Part shown: piece after piece, positions 60,847-64,000 of the stretch
Numbering within the stretch: position 1 is the first letter of the stretch
How the letters are laid out: the number at the start of each line of letters is the position of its first letter
DNA from: Opitutales bacterium
GTDB lineage: Bacteria > Verrucomicrobiota > Verrucomicrobiia > Opitutales > UBA2987
NCBI GenBank assembly: GCA_965226205.1
Contig: CBDDCJ010000012.1
Location: forward strand, 14,572 to 78,571
Direction: 5' to 3'
Length of the DNA: 64,000 nt
Position numbers and translations under genes: made by a program
Notes under the pieces: generated by a model
Databases searched by the model: none
What the model saw: the letters and a program-made list of their open reading frames with translations, nothing else
What the model was told of the DNA's origin: nothing

Positions 60847-62454
60847 TCAAACCAGATTATACCGTACCTGAATCTCAACATGATCCAGACGCGGAGTGCC
60901 TTCGATGCCCGGATTGAGGTGTTTGACGTCGACTTTCAACTCGTTTTCGCCATTGTTGAGTATCTCCGGGAGCAAGGGGTAGGTGATCCATGTGAAGTTG
61001 TCCATTATGTACTGGGCCTGGGCGGTGCGCGTTTCGGTCGGCAGGAGTTGGTCGTTGACGAACACATCGAACTCATCGGGTTGAGTGTAGTTGTGCAACT
61101 TCAGGCGTATTGTGACTTTGGGCGACAAGATTTGTTGGCGGGCGCTTTCAATATCCTCTGCAAAGCCGAAAGGGATAATGTGCGAACCGATACTTAGATC
61201 AATCGGTAGGACGATCGCGTCGATGGCACGGTAGAAGCGATGATTTTGGCCACGACGGGCACCTATGTTCGACTCGCGTGGGTGGGAATCGAACTTGTAA
61301 TCGCAGTCGAGGTACCTCAATACTTTCGGATCGTGGATTTCGTGCAGGACGCGGAAGTAGTCCGGGTGCAAGTCGTCTAGCCAGACGGTACCAGAGCGAT
61401 CTTGGGTTGGTGGTGGTGTATTTTTATCGTGGCCGTAGAGCATGTTACCGTAGTTAAAAAGTTGAAGGCCGTGGGCTCCGCGCTGGTACATGAGCTTAGC
61501 CCATGCGCGTGTTACCTCTGTGCGTTTCCAGTGGTTGGAACAGGGGTAAATCCAGCAATCATGCCCATCGACTAGTTCTAGCCAAGGCTGCAGATCAAGG
61601 GTTAACATCATGTAGCCGGCGCCGGGGCAGACGGCGTCGACTAAGCCTTCGTTAACCCATGCGCGCACGTCCAGGCCACGTTGCCAGCAGGTGTTTAAGT
61701 CAGGCAATACGCGCACATGCAGATACATCGGTCGCCCACGCTGCTTGGATACGCGGTCGAGCAACTGGCGGGTCTGGCGGACCATGTCGGTGATCAGCTT
61801 GAGATTGTCCTCGTTGCCGAACTGTTTGAAGTAGCGGGGGTCACGCTCGAAATCGAGAGCCATGCCGTCGTTATCGAAGCGCGTGATGAACTCCTCAATG
61901 ATCGCCATCTTGTGGTCACGGACTTCCTTGTGGGCGAAATCGAACATTCCCCAGTTGGTAGCATCTATACTCTCGGGGTGCGGATGTTCGCGAAACCCTG
62001 TGCCCCACGGTGGCTGCCAGTCCGGGCCTGTGTAGCCGAGTAGTAGATGCGGGTTGGCCATTTTGAATTTGCTGGCCTCATACTTGTGGTTTTGGTCGTG
62101 CGGATCGTTCATGCGAACGATGGGGATGACTTTCAGGCCAAGGCGGTGGCCGTATTCGCACGCGAGCTTTGGCGGGTTGGCGTCGGCGTCGATGAGTTTT
62201 TTGGTGTTCTCGCGGTAACGCCAGACCCAGGCGTCGGACACTATATCGAACTCATCGCAGAGGATCTCGCCGCTTTCCAGGCCGCAGCAGTACGCATCGG
62301 AGGAGCAGAGGTTGTAGAGAAGGGTGTCAACCTTTGTGCCAACCAGCGGGCGGATACTTTCGTCAATCCATATTTTAGGTGTAAGCGGATAGTCGGCGCA
62401 GACAATGTCATTCCACTCCGCTTCCCAGATGAGTTTAAAGGGTTGTTCGCTCAT
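60847..62454 (-). CDS. Putative glycoside-hydrolase-like TIM-barrel protein, copy B
   Basis: Paralog of 54027-55631 with 17 internal amino-acid differences by my count. Confidence 0.7.
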   Translation of the reverse strand: MSEQPFKLIWEAEWNDIVCADYPLTPKIWIDESIRPLVGTKVDTLLYNLCSSDAYCCGLESGEILCDEFDIVSDAWVWRYRENTKKLIDADANPPKLACEYGHRLGLKVIPIVRMNDPHDQNHKYEASKFKMANPHLLLGYTGPDWQPPWGTGFREHPHPESIDATNWGMFDFAHKEVRDHKMAIIEEFITRFDNDGMALDFERDPRYFKQFGNEDNLKLITDMVRQTRQLLDRVSKQRGRPMYLHVRVLPDLNTCWQRGLDVRAWVNEGLVDAVCPGAGYMMLTLDLQPWLELVDGHDCWIYPCSNHWKRTEVTRAWAKLMYQRGAHGLQLFNYGNMLYGHDKNTPPPTQDRSGTVWLDDLHPDYFRVLHEIHDPKVLRYLDCDYKFDSHPRESNIGARRGQNHRFYRAIDAIVLPIDLSIGSHIIPFGFAEDIESARQQILSPKVTIRLKLHNYTQPDEFDVFVNDQLLPTETRTAQAQYIMDNFTWITYPLLPEILNNGENELKVDVKHLNPGIEGTPRLDHVEIQVRYNLV

Positions 62455-62536
62455 TTAATGTGCTCTGGCTGAAAGTTCATAATAAATTTTCTTTCATTAT
62501 CAGGGTTAAAAGATTGAACCAACTTCAGTAGCGCCT

Positions 62537-63985
62537 TCAGTAGCGCCCAATTCGCCGCGGCCCCAGATCAATCGAAAGGGCAAGTGAGTCAAACGCCGCT
62601 CGAATCAGGCTTTCGCGGATTGAGAGATGCCGCTCGCTCTCCCAAAGGTTATGATGCTCCCATGGATCTTCATCAAGATCGTAGAGTTCTCCATAGTCAA
62701 GGCCATGGTAGGTATTGCACTTGTATCGGCGACCACGGATCATGGTTCCATAGCTGCCATTCAATATACTTTCGGTTATGAAATTATCGACGGTATTGTA
62801 GTATTCACACCGTACGAAGTCTCGATGGTGATCAGGGGATTTTTTCCCTTCGAGAATCGGCAACAGCGAACGGCCTTGCATGCGCTCAGGCAAAGGAACA
62901 CCCACTAGTTCCAGTATCGTTGGCGCCACATCGATGAGTTCCACCAATGCATTGCTGCGCAAACCGCTTTGAAAATGCCCCGGCAGGCTCATGATCAGAG
63001 GTACGCGCACCAGCCCCTCGTAAAAACGGCAGCCTATTCCCGTCAACCCGTGGTCACCTATTAACTCACCGTGATCGCTCATGAAAATAACCAGCGTATT
63101 CTCGCGCTGCCCTGTTTCTTCGAGCAGCTTCAACAACCGACCCACATTATGATCAATCAATTCAATCATGGCGTAGTAGGCCGTCGTATTCTCTTTAGTC
63201 TCTATTTCGTCGATTTTTCGCGCCTGACGATCGCAAAAATCGATGTCGCTCAAGCGTTTTTCATGGTCGAGGTCGCTCTCCCTGAAATGCGGGTTGGGCA
63301 TTTCATTGGCTTTGTATTTTTCTTTATACTCTTGCGGCGGATCAAAAGGTCCATGTGGATCGAACGGATTGACGCTCATTAACCAGGGCCGATCCTTGTT
63401 ATCCTGAATGAATTCGATGGCCTGGTCCGTGCACCAGGTGGTTTGATGTAACTGAGGGGGCACCGTGGGCAGGTAGGCGCCATAATCGGTATCCAAACCA
63501 GGGGCCTTTTTTTCAAAAATCGATTCGAGAGGCATGCCTTGCTCGATCAGCCATTTCATGTAATCGTTTCCCTGCTCTACTCGACTGTGTGGGGCATGAC
63601 TGTAACGGAAAAAGCTATAGCCATCGTCCACGCGCTTTTCAGGACCTGTGAAGACGGCGGCCAGATGGAGCTTACCGGACAAGCCGCAAACGTAGCCATT
63701 ATCCGCCAGCAACTTGGGTAATAGAGGCGCGGCATCGGAAAACGTCTCGTGCCCATTCATACAGGCGCGGATGCTACTGGGATACCTTCCTGTGAGAAAG
63801 CTAGACCGGCTGGGTGTGCAGACTGGGTTCTGGCAAAAAGTATGCGTAAAGGCAACTCCATCCGAGCACAGTCGATCCAAGTTCGGCGTGTGGATACATG
63901 GGTTGTTCAAACAATGAATTGTGTCAAACCGTTGCATATCTGAGGTAAACCACAGAATATTTTTATACTTTATATTTTTTTCCAT
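62537..63985 (-). CDS. Formylglycine-type sulfatase, copy B
   Basis: Same motifs as copy A; lacks the 8-aa duplication. Confidence 0.93.
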   Translation of the reverse strand: MEKNIKYKNILWFTSDMQRFDTIHCLNNPCIHTPNLDRLCSDGVAFTHTFCQNPVCTPSRSSFLTGRYPSSIRACMNGHETFSDAAPLLPKLLADNGYVCGLSGKLHLAAVFTGPEKRVDDGYSFFRYSHAPHSRVEQGNDYMKWLIEQGMPLESIFEKKAPGLDTDYGAYLPTVPPQLHQTTWCTDQAIEFIQDNKDRPWLMSVNPFDPHGPFDPPQEYKEKYKANEMPNPHFRESDLDHEKRLSDIDFCDRQARKIDEIETKENTTAYYAMIELIDHNVGRLLKLLEETGQRENTLVIFMSDHGELIGDHGLTGIGCRFYEGLVRVPLIMSLPGHFQSGLRSNALVELIDVAPTILELVGVPLPERMQGRSLLPILEGKKSPDHHRDFVRCEYYNTVDNFITESILNGSYGTMIRGRRYKCNTYHGLDYGELYDLDEDPWEHHNLWESERHLSIRESLIRAAFDSLALSIDLGPRRIGRY

Positions 63986-64000
63986 TGTTTATTAAATTAA

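Larger units (their letters stand above)
60399..64000. repeat. Direct duplication, copy B (runs to window end)
   Basis: Offset 6820-6849 bp from copy A. Confidence 0.95.

Noticed and set aside
54027-62454. Diversity-generating retroelement (template/variable repeat pair) explaining the hydrolase differences
   Set aside because: Differences are not adenine-specific (G/C, T/C, G/T and others), span about 1 kb of two full-length genes, and no reverse transcriptase is in the window

Overview
The window looks like a bacterial chromosome segment, probably Verrucomicrobiota (Opitutales-like); this is inferred from gene content only. About 1.3-40 kb is mostly housekeeping: an HpcH aldolase, a nitroreductase split by an IS1634 element, an RfaE-type nucleotidyltransferase, dnaJ, grpE, manA, ftsK, rodZ-like, nfeD-nfeD-floA, queG, an enolase-family protein, a GIY-YIG protein, gltB, lgt, gcvT/gcvH and a moxR-DUF58-batA/B/D/E cluster. 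It also holds two toxin-antitoxin loci and a collapsed REP/RAYT-like element. From about 40 kb it becomes an IS-rich accessory island: two more copies of an IS4 element first seen at the window start, orphan sugar ABC permeases, an Fe/2OG dioxygenase and an aldo-keto reductase. A nested stack follows (MITE, its putative autonomous DDE partner, an IS256 remnant, IS66), then an MFS-HEAT fusion and a >=3.6 kb direct duplication (sulfatase, TIM-barrel hydrolase-like gene, pseudogene). The most notable signals are: (i) the two hydrolase copies differ almost only by clustered non-synonymous changes while the neighbouring sulfatase copies differ mostly silently; (ii) a 299-bp MITE shares terminal repeats and a TAnnnTA target with an autonomous IS that has inserted into another MITE copy; (iii) covarying hairpin repeats flank an internally deleted RAYT-like gene; (iv) short tandem duplications and deletions recur. 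All comparisons were made by eye. No CRISPR array, rRNA or tRNA was recognised.
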